A stretch of 64,000 bases of DNA, taken from assembly GCA_963787835.1 (NCBI GenBank), contig CAWBEI010000002.1, positions 704,001 through 768,000 of the forward strand, written 5' to 3'. This document shows, piece by piece, positions 31,120-40,906 of the stretch. The position numbers were made by a program, and so were the translations under genes. Numbering within the stretch: position 1 is the first letter of the stretch; each line of letters opens with the position of its first letter. The notes below the pieces were generated by a model. That model saw nothing but the letters and a program-made list of their open reading frames with translations, was not told the origin of the DNA and ran no database searches. This stretch comes from Ignavibacteriota bacterium (GTDB lineage: Bacteria > Bacteroidota > Ignavibacteria > Palsa-1295).

Positions 31120-31788
31120 ATGACGGATTCGATCGAACTTTCAAATATTGTTATTTGGTATAACGAGCAGACTATCGTGGATGGATTTAATCTGCGCGTC
31201 GAAAAAGGAAGCTTATGCGTTTTGTTAGGTTCCGGTGGTTCTGGAAAAACTACGATCTTCAAACTCCTCACCGGCGAAATAAAACCAGAACGTGGCGAGG
31301 TAACAATTGGCGGCATAGATCTGACCTCACTTACAGGCAGCACGCTTGCAAAGTTCCGGAGATCTGTTGGAGTCATATCCCAGAATGAATCCCTTCTGGA
31401 TAACCGAACCGTTGAAGAGCAGATTATGCTGCCATTAGAAATTGATGGAATGAATACAGCACGGCGTCATGCGCAAGCGGAAGCAGTGATCGAACGATTC
31501 GGATTGCAGAATTCCCGAACCAGGTTGCCATCATTTCTTTCGATGAGCGAGCGTCAGCGGACAGAGATAGCGCAGGCCGTCGTTCGGGAACCGCTGCTGC
31601 TCCTTGCCGATGAGCCGGCAGCCCATTTGGATAGAAATGATGCAAAGGAGATTGCCAGACTTTTATTGCACGAGAATCTTCGCGGCATGACGGTCCTTAT
31701 CGGCACCAGCGACGAGCATTTTGCTTCAAATTTCCCGGAAACGGCGATCTGCACCATGGAAGCTCTAAGTATAAGCGTAGAAAATTGA
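31120..31788 (+). CDS. FtsE-like ABC ATPase (degenerate)
   Basis: Walker A GSGGSGKT and Walker B LLLADEP; signature LSMSE and H-loop GTSD deviate from consensus. Confidence 0.75.
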   Translation: MTDSIELSNIVIWYNEQTIVDGFNLRVEKGSLCVLLGSGGSGKTTIFKLLTGEIKPERGEVTIGGIDLTSLTGSTLAKFRRSVGVISQNESLLDNRTVEEQIMLPLEIDGMNTARRHAQAEAVIERFGLQNSRTRLPSFLSMSERQRTEIAQAVVREPLLLLADEPAAHLDRNDAKEIARLLLHENLRGMTVLIGTSDEHFASNFPETAICTMEALSISVEN

Positions 31789-31834
31789 ATTTGGTTGAGC
31801 GGAGCCGAGTAGCACGTCACGCTGTTCCATCAAA

Positions 31835-32329
31835 ATGTCATTGGAAACGATCAACAGAAAAAAAGGTACGCTGGATGGCCGCGAACTTCGCGTGGGCATC
31901 GTCGTGAGCAGATGGAATCGGGAAATTACCGAGGATCTCCTGAACGGCGCGTTACGCGCCCTTGTGGTCTGCGAGGTGCCATCCGAGCACATTACCATCC
32001 TTGAAGTACCCGGCGCGTTGGAAATCCCTATCGCAGCCGAACGGCTTGCAACCATGGGGATGGATGCCGTTATCGCCCTGGGATGCGTCATAAAGGGCGA
32101 AACTACCCATTTTAAGCATGTGAGCCGCCTTGCACTCGATGGCATTTCGGCTATTTCCAGGGATTACGAAATACCTGTAACTTGCGGGATTCTGACGACG
32201 TACGACGTGGCTCAAGCAGAAGCGCGGTCGGGCCCGGACGAAGCCAATGTCGGAAGTCAGGCGGCGCTTGCAGCAATCGAGACCGCAAATCTACTTCGTT
32301 CAATCCCGATAGGGAACTCGGATTATTAA
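31835..32329 (+). CDS. ribH: 6,7-dimethyl-8-ribityllumazine synthase
   Basis: VVSRWN, VPGALEIP and LGCVIKGETTHF motifs. Confidence 0.93.
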   Translation: MSLETINRKKGTLDGRELRVGIVVSRWNREITEDLLNGALRALVVCEVPSEHITILEVPGALEIPIAAERLATMGMDAVIALGCVIKGETTHFKHVSRLALDGISAISRDYEIPVTCGILTTYDVAQAEARSGPDEANVGSQAALAAIETANLLRSIPIGNSDY

Positions 32330-32340
32330 CAGATCTGTCG

Positions 32341-34638
32341 ATGCGCATTTTCATTGCATCTTTTATATTCGCAACGCTCCTCCTGTCATCATGGGCAAGC
32401 GCACAGCCGCTCAAGCCCGGTCAGTGGCAGACCTATACCTCTATGCGATCCGTGTCGGACATTGCGGTCAGCTCGGATTCGAACTTCGTGTGGGCCGCTA
32501 CCAACGGTGGCGTGTTCCGCGCCGACCTGCGCAATGCACAAGCCTCGCTTCTGGCGCTTCGCACCACGGATGGACTCACAGAGAATGATGTCACCTCCGT
32601 TGCCTCGGATGCTCAGGGAAACATCTATTTTGGCGAAGGATCCGGCGGGTTCGATATTTATAATACGAGTACTGGCACGTTTAATAGTCTAAGCGATATT
32701 CGAAATCAGGGTTATTCGAACGAAGCGATCAATGGTATTACCATTTTCCGAGATACGGTCTATCTTGCGATGGCATATGGCATCACTGTTTTTTATCCGG
32801 GGAAAGATGGATTCGGAGTATTCGGTGCTACTGCGACACAACTTGCATCCTTGCCGCAGCAGGATAGTGTCCGGCAAGTGATCGACGATGGAACATTCGT
32901 GTATGCCGCAATGTATCAAGGGATTGTTTGGGCAAAAAATAATTCCGATCTGCACGCCGGTTCGAATTGGACTTTCCTTCCCGACTCCGGATGGGCGGTT
33001 CGCGCACTTGTCAATTTTAATGGCAGGATCTACGCTGGGGCCGAGAATGGACTTTATATGATCTCCGCGAATCGCGATTCTCTTATCTATGTCCCTCTTC
33101 AGGACTCGCTTGCGATCGATCGTTTATTAGTAGCAAATGATTCACTCTATTTGCTCGATGAGTCCGGGATCCTTTATTCGACTCGCGACCTGACCCATCT
33201 TACAACGCGCATGATCAGTTCCGATGCGGGCAGCACGGTAACAGCGATCGCCTTAGCGCACTCTGGCATTGCCGCCGGGACGGTCAGTACGGGAATTGGG
33301 TATCCCGTTAATAGCACCTTCAATGGATCGATCTTTCCACCAGGACCCATTACAAATACCATTAACTGTGTGTATTATGCAACATCCACCGATCAGCTCT
33401 GTGTAACCAATCTTGGCTCCGGATTTGGGCTCTTTCAACCAAGTACCGATGCCTGGACCGATTACCAAAGCGGCGTGAACACAACGCCGATCGCCACTTA
33501 CGATCAAGTGTTCTATGACTCCATTCGGAATGTTACCTGGCTTTCCACACACGGCTCAGGGTTATATAATGTGACTGGATTGGGAACCGGGCAACTAACG
33601 TGGACGGCATTCAACCACACCGAAATTCCCAATACCGACGGCGGCACGGATGATTTTATTATCACGAGCGGAATGGGCCTGGACGCCAATAATAATTTCC
33701 TCGTAACGTCCTGGGCTGGAAACGGGGAAGGACTTTCTATTTCCAGCGATGGTAAAAACTTCAAGTCCTATCCGCTTGGGTTCTATGCTCCGTGGGGTTG
33801 CGTCACGCAGGATCTAAATGGCAATTATTGGGTCGGTACGCAGTTTAACAATGCCCCAAAATCACAAGGCGTCTATTGGTACAATCCATCCACAGGCTTG
33901 AATGGCGTTATTTATGGTGGTTCTGGCGGTACATTAGGGCCTGCCATCGAGGGAACAGAAGATGTGAATGCCATCCTCACCGATCAGGATGACGGCATCT
34001 GGTGCGGCACCGAAGGCGGCGTTGAGATCATCTCCGACCCGGAAACGATCTTGCAAAACAATCAAACGCCGACCTCCATCCGCAGCGTACAATTCACGAC
34101 CAATCAAGTGGTGCATTCCATGGCAGTCGATGGCGTGGGAAATAAATGGATCGGGACCGAAGATGGGATCTTTGTTGTCTCGGCAGATGGCTCCGACAGC
34201 ATTGCGCATTTCACCGCAGAAAATTCCCCCCTGGTGAACGATATTGTAACGTCCATTGCCATCGATCCCACCCGGGGAGAGGCGTATGCAGGTACACCGG
34301 CTGGCATTTCGCGTTTCAGCACCATCTTCAAACGCGGCCAGCCCGATTACAGCGGCATTCGCATTTATCCAAATCCTGTGGTACAAACGGCGGAGCAAAG
34401 CCCCACGGTCTATATCGATGGCCTGGTCGCCGGCTCGACCGTCCAGATCTTTTCCCTTGCCGGCCAGTTAATTACATCGATCGATGGAACCCAGCTTGGC
34501 TCCATCGTTACATGGAACGGCCGCGATGCCCTGGGCAGACAGGTTCCCAGTGGTCTATATCTTGTCAGTGCAACATCGCCTCAGGCCGGAGGAAACGGCG
34601 AAGCCAAAGTGGTCATCGTTCGCAAACCCTCGAACTGA
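32341..34638 (+). CDS. porZ: PorZ-like T9SS component (two-component-regulator propeller + CTD)
   Basis: Start MRIFIAS at 32341; GQWQTY, AVDGVGNKWIGT, FTAENSPL, IYPNPV and WNGRD...VPSGLYLV motifs. Confidence 0.75.
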   Translation: MRIFIASFIFATLLLSSWASAQPLKPGQWQTYTSMRSVSDIAVSSDSNFVWAATNGGVFRADLRNAQASLLALRTTDGLTENDVTSVASDAQGNIYFGEGSGGFDIYNTSTGTFNSLSDIRNQGYSNEAINGITIFRDTVYLAMAYGITVFYPGKDGFGVFGATATQLASLPQQDSVRQVIDDGTFVYAAMYQGIVWAKNNSDLHAGSNWTFLPDSGWAVRALVNFNGRIYAGAENGLYMISANRDSLIYVPLQDSLAIDRLLVANDSLYLLDESGILYSTRDLTHLTTRMISSDAGSTVTAIALAHSGIAAGTVSTGIGYPVNSTFNGSIFPPGPITNTINCVYYATSTDQLCVTNLGSGFGLFQPSTDAWTDYQSGVNTTPIATYDQVFYDSIRNVTWLSTHGSGLYNVTGLGTGQLTWTAFNHTEIPNTDGGTDDFIITSGMGLDANNNFLVTSWAGNGEGLSISSDGKNFKSYPLGFYAPWGCVTQDLNGNYWVGTQFNNAPKSQGVYWYNPSTGLNGVIYGGSGGTLGPAIEGTEDVNAILTDQDDGIWCGTEGGVEIISDPETILQNNQTPTSIRSVQFTTNQVVHSMAVDGVGNKWIGTEDGIFVVSADGSDSIAHFTAENSPLVNDIVTSIAIDPTRGEAYAGTPAGISRFSTIFKRGQPDYSGIRIYPNPVVQTAEQSPTVYIDGLVAGSTVQIFSLAGQLITSIDGTQLGSIVTWNGRDALGRQVPSGLYLVSATSPQAGGNGEAKVVIVRKPSN

Positions 34639-34722
34639 ATGTTGCTTGTTAAGGACGAATAAGGAATTATTAACGTTCTCTCTTCCAGCATTTCATCATT
34701 CATCATTCATCCTTTCCCATCG

Positions 34723-35046
34723 ATGCCAACGTACGAATACCGCTGCCGTTTTTGCCATCAAATGACCGATGCATTCCAGCGCATGAGCGATGCCCCGCTG
34801 CTCACATGCCCCCATTGCGGCAAGGATGGACTCGAACGCATCGTCTCCGGTGGCGCCGGGGTCATCTATAAAGGCGAAGGATGGTATGTCACCGATTACT
34901 CCAAGCGATCTTCCGGCGGCAAAGAACCGACTGCCAAAACCGAAGTTAAATCGGATGCTCACAAAACCGACGCCACGAAAACCGATACCCCAAAAACTGA
35001 AACTCCACCCAAAGAGTCAAAAGCTGCCTCGACACCTTCCGAGTGA
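34723..35046 (+). CDS. FmdB family zinc-ribbon regulatory protein
   Basis: MPTYEYRC..C, CPHCG and KGEGWYVTDY motifs; low-complexity tail. Confidence 0.9.
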   Translation: MPTYEYRCRFCHQMTDAFQRMSDAPLLTCPHCGKDGLERIVSGGAGVIYKGEGWYVTDYSKRSSGGKEPTAKTEVKSDAHKTDATKTDTPKTETPPKESKAASTPSE

Positions 35047-35330
35047 AATGCTTTTCGTGTGTTTGTTCATTTCAAATTCATAATCACCCTCGATTCCGAG
35101 CCAATTTCGCCATTTAGTTTGCCAAATATTTTTTTGCATTAGGAAGTCATAAAGGCACCATTTTCTTGAAAACGGGTGCTCATCAAAATCAATTGAATTG
35201 TCATTTAATGAACTCACCCTTCTCTTTCATGAATTCATGCAATGTTTGTTCTCCAAGAAATAGGTGCTCCTAATACCACTTTCTAATATACGACACTTTT
35301 CTCAAACTCCATCGAAAATAAATTTTACGA

Positions 35331-37433
35331 CTACTGAGGGTAATTCGGAATTATAACATCCTTTGGTACATCCCAAACCTTGACGTAATCGATCAGATGG
35401 TGTGCAGCATGAACCCAATGCCCACTACCAGGAGGAATTTCTACATCCCAACAACCAGGATTATACGGATGGGTATCAAAGTAGTGATATTCCTCATAGG
35501 TTATTGATTTATAATAGGTAACACCCCCGGAAACCCAAGCTACCGTATCATTCCGGGCGAAGGTATCCTTGATACCGACATCAATATCGGTTTCGGCGGG
35601 ATTAATAGCCACCATTCCACGCGGGAGGGAGTTGGCAAAGTCGTAGTAAGGATTAGTATTCGGGACCAGCCGATCTGGGAATCTTCGCACAACCACACTA
35701 TCGACCAAGTAGCGAATCTCATGCGGAAGCAATTCCATAGCGTATGTATGATATTGGTACCCGCTGACCGTATCCATCCCATTGAAAAGAAGTGGCGGGA
35801 TCGGATAACTATTGTGCGGCGAATAAATATCGTCGATATTAAATGAATAGGCCTCTGTACCGCTGTGAAGATCGCCGGGTGCCATCGTATCGTCCAAATA
35901 TAATTTACCCGAGTCGTGCGGATGGTTCAGGTTATATTCCCAATGACAACCAAATGATTTTTGAATCCCAAAACCTGTCGTCAACGTAATCGAATTTGGC
36001 TGATGCGTTTTTGTGAAATGAAGTGTATCACCCGCCCGATTAATGTGATAGCCAGGAGTGGAAAAGTACCTCCATTTGCCATGGCTATCGGTATCGACTC
36101 TCCATGGGAAGATATCTGAAGTATACGGATTAGCGATCGAATAATTGAATGAAAAAGAACCATGCGGACTCGTGAGGGAGGATGGCCAGCCCATGTTTTG
36201 GGTCCAACTGGCCGCCATAACGGTATCCATGCCATGATGAGGCACAAACTGTACCTGATAGGCAACATTATTGATGATGATCGCATTGGGGTTGTTCGAA
36301 AGGCACCATTCCGGTTGGGAGCTGGTGAAGATAACGGTGTCATGGACCGTTCCAAAGGAACCTTGAAACGGTCCATACTGGAACTGGTGGGAAAATCCTG
36401 GGCTGATGGTATCCATGATATTCCCGTTGTAGTCGGTCTCGTTCAGATCGAATTCGTACCCGTAGTTCCATGAGCCGCCCCAGTTGTTCGTATGGTGAAT
36501 GACATGTGGAATCTTTTCTCGAATTTCATATTTCCCGTAAGGCACGTGCGCGTATGCTGCGGTAAGCGGGAACGTGTCCAATTGTGTAAATGGAAACGGG
36601 CAGCTCCGAATAAACCCGGACGAAAATACAAACCGATCCGTGTCGTAAGGAATTAGAGAATAATTTTGACACTTGTCAAAAGCTGTGTCCGTAAGGATCG
36701 GAGAATTTTCACTATCGCGGAACTCACGGATAATAATATCGAGCGCGTGACCATCATGTGCCTGGTAATCCGTATCGAGATAGACGTTGGTATCGTTATC
36801 ACATTGAAGACCTTGCGGGTAATTGTTGCCGCCATGTCCGCCAACATGCCATTGATTTCGGAACTTTGCGGTATCGTTGAATTCGTCAGAAAAAACGGCT
36901 GTATCCCACTTCGGTTCGGTATAGGCATGAAAAAATGCTCCCGGCTTCACATGGAATCCGGATTTCAACTTTATTCTTCCGCTTGCCCGAAAATCGACAT
37001 CCTCGTTCTTGCTGACCGTAACCCAATCACCAACTCCTCCACCGGCGATAATGTCGGAGGGTGCTCCACCCGGCTGATTCCTGGCTTGAAACAAGCGCTG
37101 CCACACGGCTGTAGGGCCCAGCGTATCGCCATACGGATGCCAGTTTTGCAGCATTACGAAATGCGACCCCGAATCATTGATGATGGGACCGTATTTCGGA
37201 TAGTTCACATTCATGCCATCCGAATCCCGGATCATTATGCTTTGATTGGAAAGGTTTTGTCCAGAATCCAGTGGCCCCGGTGGTTTCATTGGATTGTAAT
37301 ACACGTCGGTATTCTGAAGCGTGATAGTACACGACTGCTGGATATTGTAGGGATTAATAGAATCCTGGGCAACGGCCTTAGTAGTCAGGGCCGATGAGCA
37401 CAGAAGAAAGATTAGGATATGGAAGTATTTCAT
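35331..37433 (-). CDS. Secreted GH16-like glycoside hydrolase with large insertion
   Basis: Signal peptide; FSDEFN, YGKYEIR, EFDLNE (ExDxxE), YHTYA..YLVD and IDYVKVW motifs; IKLKSGFHVKPGAFFHAY coathanger-stack-like segment. Confidence 0.65.
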   Translation of the reverse strand: MKYFHILIFLLCSSALTTKAVAQDSINPYNIQQSCTITLQNTDVYYNPMKPPGPLDSGQNLSNQSIMIRDSDGMNVNYPKYGPIINDSGSHFVMLQNWHPYGDTLGPTAVWQRLFQARNQPGGAPSDIIAGGGVGDWVTVSKNEDVDFRASGRIKLKSGFHVKPGAFFHAYTEPKWDTAVFSDEFNDTAKFRNQWHVGGHGGNNYPQGLQCDNDTNVYLDTDYQAHDGHALDIIIREFRDSENSPILTDTAFDKCQNYSLIPYDTDRFVFSSGFIRSCPFPFTQLDTFPLTAAYAHVPYGKYEIREKIPHVIHHTNNWGGSWNYGYEFDLNETDYNGNIMDTISPGFSHQFQYGPFQGSFGTVHDTVIFTSSQPEWCLSNNPNAIIINNVAYQVQFVPHHGMDTVMAASWTQNMGWPSSLTSPHGSFSFNYSIANPYTSDIFPWRVDTDSHGKWRYFSTPGYHINRAGDTLHFTKTHQPNSITLTTGFGIQKSFGCHWEYNLNHPHDSGKLYLDDTMAPGDLHSGTEAYSFNIDDIYSPHNSYPIPPLLFNGMDTVSGYQYHTYAMELLPHEIRYLVDSVVVRRFPDRLVPNTNPYYDFANSLPRGMVAINPAETDIDVGIKDTFARNDTVAWVSGGVTYYKSITYEEYHYFDTHPYNPGCWDVEIPPGSGHWVHAAHHLIDYVKVWDVPKDVIIPNYPQ

Positions 37434-37444
37434 AGCTTCTCTCC

Positions 37445-38656
37445 TTATTTATCGATCACGATCTTTTTAAGTGCAATACCGCTTGCCGTTTGAATCTGTA
37501 AAAAGTACGTTCCTGCGGCGAATGTCGAAAGATCGAATGTAAAGCTCGCATTCGATGGCTGTGAAATATCGAGCAAATCCATTCCGAGCAGATTGAGCAC
37601 GATTATTTTTAGAATGCGCGTCGAACCGGCATCGATGGTTACTAACCCCGTTGCGGGATTCGGATAGATCTCCAGGGTATCGCTCGCTGAAGGTAGCTGC
37701 ACCACGCTCGCGGGAGAATCCGGTGCCGTCAACTCCGAGATCGGACGGTCGAATACATAATACTTTCCCGTGCCATATGTGACCTCGATAAAGAGCGATG
37801 TATCGAGAACAATCATTTGGGTTACTGCCGGTGAAATTGCTCCATAGAGACTATAGAGGCTGTCATTCTTTGCATGCCAGGTTGTACCAATATCGGTTGA
37901 GACTAAAACGCCTCGCTGAGTTCCCGCAAACAGATTTTTTCCGTCTGTCGCAAGGCAATTCACTGTTTCCTGCGTACCAGCGCTATCGACGGCAACCGTG
38001 ATCCACTGCGTGCCGCTATCGGTCGATTCCGCGAGAGTACCATTACCAACTATAAAAAGCATGGAATTCATGACGGTCATTGCGCCAATGAATGGGGGGG
38101 GAATTTGAGACCACGTATTGCCAGTATCGTATGAACGTAAGACTTCACTGCCGGTATTCGCAAAAATGCAGATACCAATTGCGGCGTAAGAAAGGGCCTC
38201 AGGACAGGCTATAACTTCCCAATTAGCTCCTGTGTCCCGCGAGCGATATGCTGAAGACAAGCCATTACCGAAAAGATACCTGCCATTTGTGAAAGGAGGA
38301 GCAGCAGCCTGAATGTCGAGCCAATTTGCACCATTGTTGGTCGATTCATACATTGGTCCTACGGTACCGTTTGTTGTGTGTGTAAACCCTGCAAAAAAGT
38401 ACGTTCCCAGCGAAGCAAACGATGTGACATTTCCCTGGGTAAAATCCAATCCACTTTCACTCTTGGCCCAAGAAGTTGGAGGAATGAAGCGATAGACATA
38501 GGACCCTCCGCCAGAATTGTCCACACCGGCCACAAACAGAGTCGTATCGTGAACCCCGAACGCTATGACTTGCCCGCCAAAGGATGCGTTTTTCCATTGC
38601 GCGGAGCAGGGAATGGCAATTGCAATGATGATGATGCAAATAGGCATTTGTTTCAT
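37445..38656 (-). CDS. T9SS cargo with BNR/Asp-box beta-propeller
   Basis: STNNGANW, SRDTGANW, STDSGTQW and STDIGTTW repeats; IYPNPA...GTYFLQI...KKIVIDK CTD. Confidence 0.88.
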   Translation of the reverse strand: MKQMPICIIIIAIAIPCSAQWKNASFGGQVIAFGVHDTTLFVAGVDNSGGGSYVYRFIPPTSWAKSESGLDFTQGNVTSFASLGTYFFAGFTHTTNGTVGPMYESTNNGANWLDIQAAAPPFTNGRYLFGNGLSSAYRSRDTGANWEVIACPEALSYAAIGICIFANTGSEVLRSYDTGNTWSQIPPPFIGAMTVMNSMLFIVGNGTLAESTDSGTQWITVAVDSAGTQETVNCLATDGKNLFAGTQRGVLVSTDIGTTWHAKNDSLYSLYGAISPAVTQMIVLDTSLFIEVTYGTGKYYVFDRPISELTAPDSPASVVQLPSASDTLEIYPNPATGLVTIDAGSTRILKIIVLNLLGMDLLDISQPSNASFTFDLSTFAAGTYFLQIQTASGIALKKIVIDK

Positions 38657-38658
38657 AG

Positions 38659-40083
38659 TTACTTCTCTTTCTGATTTTTTAACTCTTGCACTTCTGCTTC
38701 CAGCGATTCGATCTTGTGATTAAGTTGCTCAATGTAAAGCATTTCTTCTTCGAGTTGCTTTGTAATTGCCTCTTCGGTTCTGCCAACCGGCACCCCCGTC
38801 TTCGCCATCTGTTTTGCAGAAGGAATATCCGGTAAATGATGATTTTCCTTAGTAAAGTTCTCGACTTCGGCAAGCGGCTTGAGTTGGTAACCAGGCTCGA
38901 AGACATAATCGGCCCAAGAGCTATCAAGAATATAAAATTCCTTCGCTATTGCAGCGCCACTCACTGCAAGCATCCATGTTAGTCCATCGCCGATATCAGG
39001 ACGAACATTCGAAAAGTTCGTAAAGTCCGGTAACGGTTTCCCGGGTGTATCCACACCGATACAAAGGGGCGTGTGGAAGTAGGAGATCCCACTTATGTTC
39101 CGCGTGACTCCGTAAGGTAGCGCTCCCGGCTGAAACACATCGAACAGATGATGATAGGGATTAGATGTGGTATCCAAATACCACATTTCTAGACCATAAT
39201 GTCCATCGACTTGCAGTGTGACACACTGGGAGAAATTGTTTTGACCCCGACCGGCACTGTAAGGCCAGGCATTGAGTTCCACGACGCCGCTTTCACTATC
39301 GACACGATTCGTGAACGAAATACCGCAGGAACCCATGCGTGCCAAACGGAAGAAACGTGCAGAGGAGCTATCGGTATGATTAATAGCACTGTTAAAATTA
39401 ATATATCTCCAATCGGCAGGATATTTTCCGCCTGTATTATACAGGCCTTCATAACGGTTACCACCATAGAACGTAAGTCCAGGGGTAGGATCGAGCTCCC
39501 CAGCCGCAGGAAGGGAACCACCACCAAACTGCAACTGATCTTTCGGCGTATCGAGACCTATCGAGTCCGGTGGCAAGTTTATTCCTACATTGCCATTATC
39601 CAAGATAGTCAGACGCTCAAGGTCGTGATGGCTTTGTTTAGGGCTTGGCTGAATGATAGTGTCTCCAGCGGTAGCAAATCGGATCGCTCCTCCTGTTTGT
39701 GATGAAAAAGCGCCGCCCGCCCAGTAATTTGTGATGATAATGTCGCCTCCCTTATTCTCATGAAGCACAAGGTCTTGCCCTTTCGAGAGTGATGAGTAAA
39801 GCGTATCTGTGCTTGGTGACATTAGCCCGAGGATGCCATAATAGTTCGAGGGTGACAATCCTCCGTTCGATAATCGAATAATCGCCTCCATGGTCGAACT
39901 TGATGACGAATCTTTGTTAATGTGCAGGGCATTCAACGCCCCGTCCGTAAGGCCATATTTCGTATCAATTCCAACGGGCGCATGAGCGGGCCAGGGCGAC
40001 GAGTTCGTCGCCTGTGAAAAAACCTCACCGCTTGTTAAAACCAATCCCCAAAACACTACTACTAAAAAACTCCAACGTCTCAT
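38659..40083 (-). CDS. Secreted tail-fibre-like protein with C-terminal chaperone/coiled coil
   Basis: Likely start MRRWSF at 40083 with AAGAGG RBS; ERLTILDNGNVGIN fibre repeat; WADYVF...ENHHLPDIPSA...LEEEMLYIEQL C-terminus. Confidence 0.75.
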   Translation of the reverse strand: MRRWSFLVVVFWGLVLTSGEVFSQATNSSPWPAHAPVGIDTKYGLTDGALNALHINKDSSSSSTMEAIIRLSNGGLSPSNYYGILGLMSPSTDTLYSSLSKGQDLVLHENKGGDIIITNYWAGGAFSSQTGGAIRFATAGDTIIQPSPKQSHHDLERLTILDNGNVGINLPPDSIGLDTPKDQLQFGGGSLPAAGELDPTPGLTFYGGNRYEGLYNTGGKYPADWRYINFNSAINHTDSSSARFFRLARMGSCGISFTNRVDSESGVVELNAWPYSAGRGQNNFSQCVTLQVDGHYGLEMWYLDTTSNPYHHLFDVFQPGALPYGVTRNISGISYFHTPLCIGVDTPGKPLPDFTNFSNVRPDIGDGLTWMLAVSGAAIAKEFYILDSSWADYVFEPGYQLKPLAEVENFTKENHHLPDIPSAKQMAKTGVPVGRTEEAITKQLEEEMLYIEQLNHKIESLEAEVQELKNQKEK

Positions 40084-40142
40084 TTTAACACCTCTTTTAA
40101 TAAATAACTTCGTGAAACACGCTTTGTTACTGAATCCTGGTA

Positions 40143-40150
40143 CAAAGATA
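40143..40150 (-). promoter_or_regulatory. Bacteroidota-type -7 box (TATCTTTG) for the fibre operon
   Basis: TAnnTTTG match about 60 nt upstream of ATG 40083. Confidence 0.55.
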
Positions 40151-40193
40151 CGAAATAAAATGGCTGTTAGTCGGTATAGCGACTGGCGCACGA

Positions 40194-40427
40194 TTGGCGT
40201 TAATGCTATTTTATTCCCTTTTGAAACTTCAGGGAATCGTTGGGCAAAATATTCGAGCTTTCAGGAAAGCAAAATCTTGGAGTATCGAAAAATTAGCGGA
40301 ACATGCAAACGTAAGTCCTGCCTATCTTGGCGAACTCGAAAGAGGTAGAGAAAACGTCTCCATTAAAACGATTGAGTCAATTGCCAAAGCCCTAAAAGTT
40401 ACACCCGATCTTCTCTTAAAAGAATAA
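40194..40427 (+). CDS. XRE/Cro-CI HTH regulator
   Basis: GQNIRAFRKAKSWSIEKLAE...YLGELERGRENVSIKTIESIAKAL; divergent from the fibre operon; start may be 40221. Confidence 0.88.
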   Translation: MALMLFYSLLKLQGIVGQNIRAFRKAKSWSIEKLAEHANVSPAYLGELERGRENVSIKTIESIAKALKVTPDLLLKE

Positions 40428-40473
40428 GTTTTTTATACCTTGAAGATTTTAGGACGAGATTGAATTCCTGTCG

Positions 40474-40481
40474 TATTTTTG
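40474..40481 (+). promoter_or_regulatory. Bacteroidota-type -7 box (TATTTTTG)
   Basis: TAnnTTTG match about 22 nt before ATG 40503. Confidence 0.5.
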
Positions 40482-40502
40482 CAGCGACTCATTTATATCA
40501 CC

Positions 40503-40887
40503 ATGCAAAAATCACTCTTTGTTTTACTGTGTACTGTTCTGTGTGCTACTCTGATTTCCTGCGGGAAATCTGCCACCTCCTCCGGGGCCTGCCGATGCGA
40601 TCACTGCCACCTATGCCGCGCTCGAAGCGCAGGACTCCACTGCGTTCCTTGCCTCGCTCTCGCAGGATAAGCAGGACGAATACGCCATCAATACCGGTAA
40701 GGTCGATAGCATTCTCAATCACTGGAAAGGACGTCATGCCGAGGTGAAGATCCTCTCGGTAAAACAGAATGACTCTGTTGCGACGGTCGTCTATAACTTA
40801 ACGGTCACCGGCAACAACCCACAAACGCACGATTCGATCATCGCACACACGTACCTCGAAGGCGGAACGTGGAAGCACGGCTATTGA
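40503..40887 (+). CDS. NTF2/DUF4878-like lipoprotein, frameshifted at G4 40584-40587 (absent from ORF track)
   Basis: MQKSLFVLLCTVLCATLISC lipobox; removing one G continues PADAITATYAALEAQD...ATVVY...EGGTWKHGY-stop. Confidence 0.7.
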
Positions 40888-40906
40888 TCGCCGCGCGTTC
40901 TGGCAG

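Noticed and set aside
32182-32340. N-terminal extensions given by the ORF track for porZ, 13940, 38659 and 59906
   Set aside because: They overlap neighbouring genes or promoter boxes, and downstream ATGs give clean signal peptides or TM starts
34691-34714. TTCATCA heptamer run before the FmdB gene (similar run at 9677-9700)
   Set aside because: Short intergenic tandem repeats with no evident effect on coding
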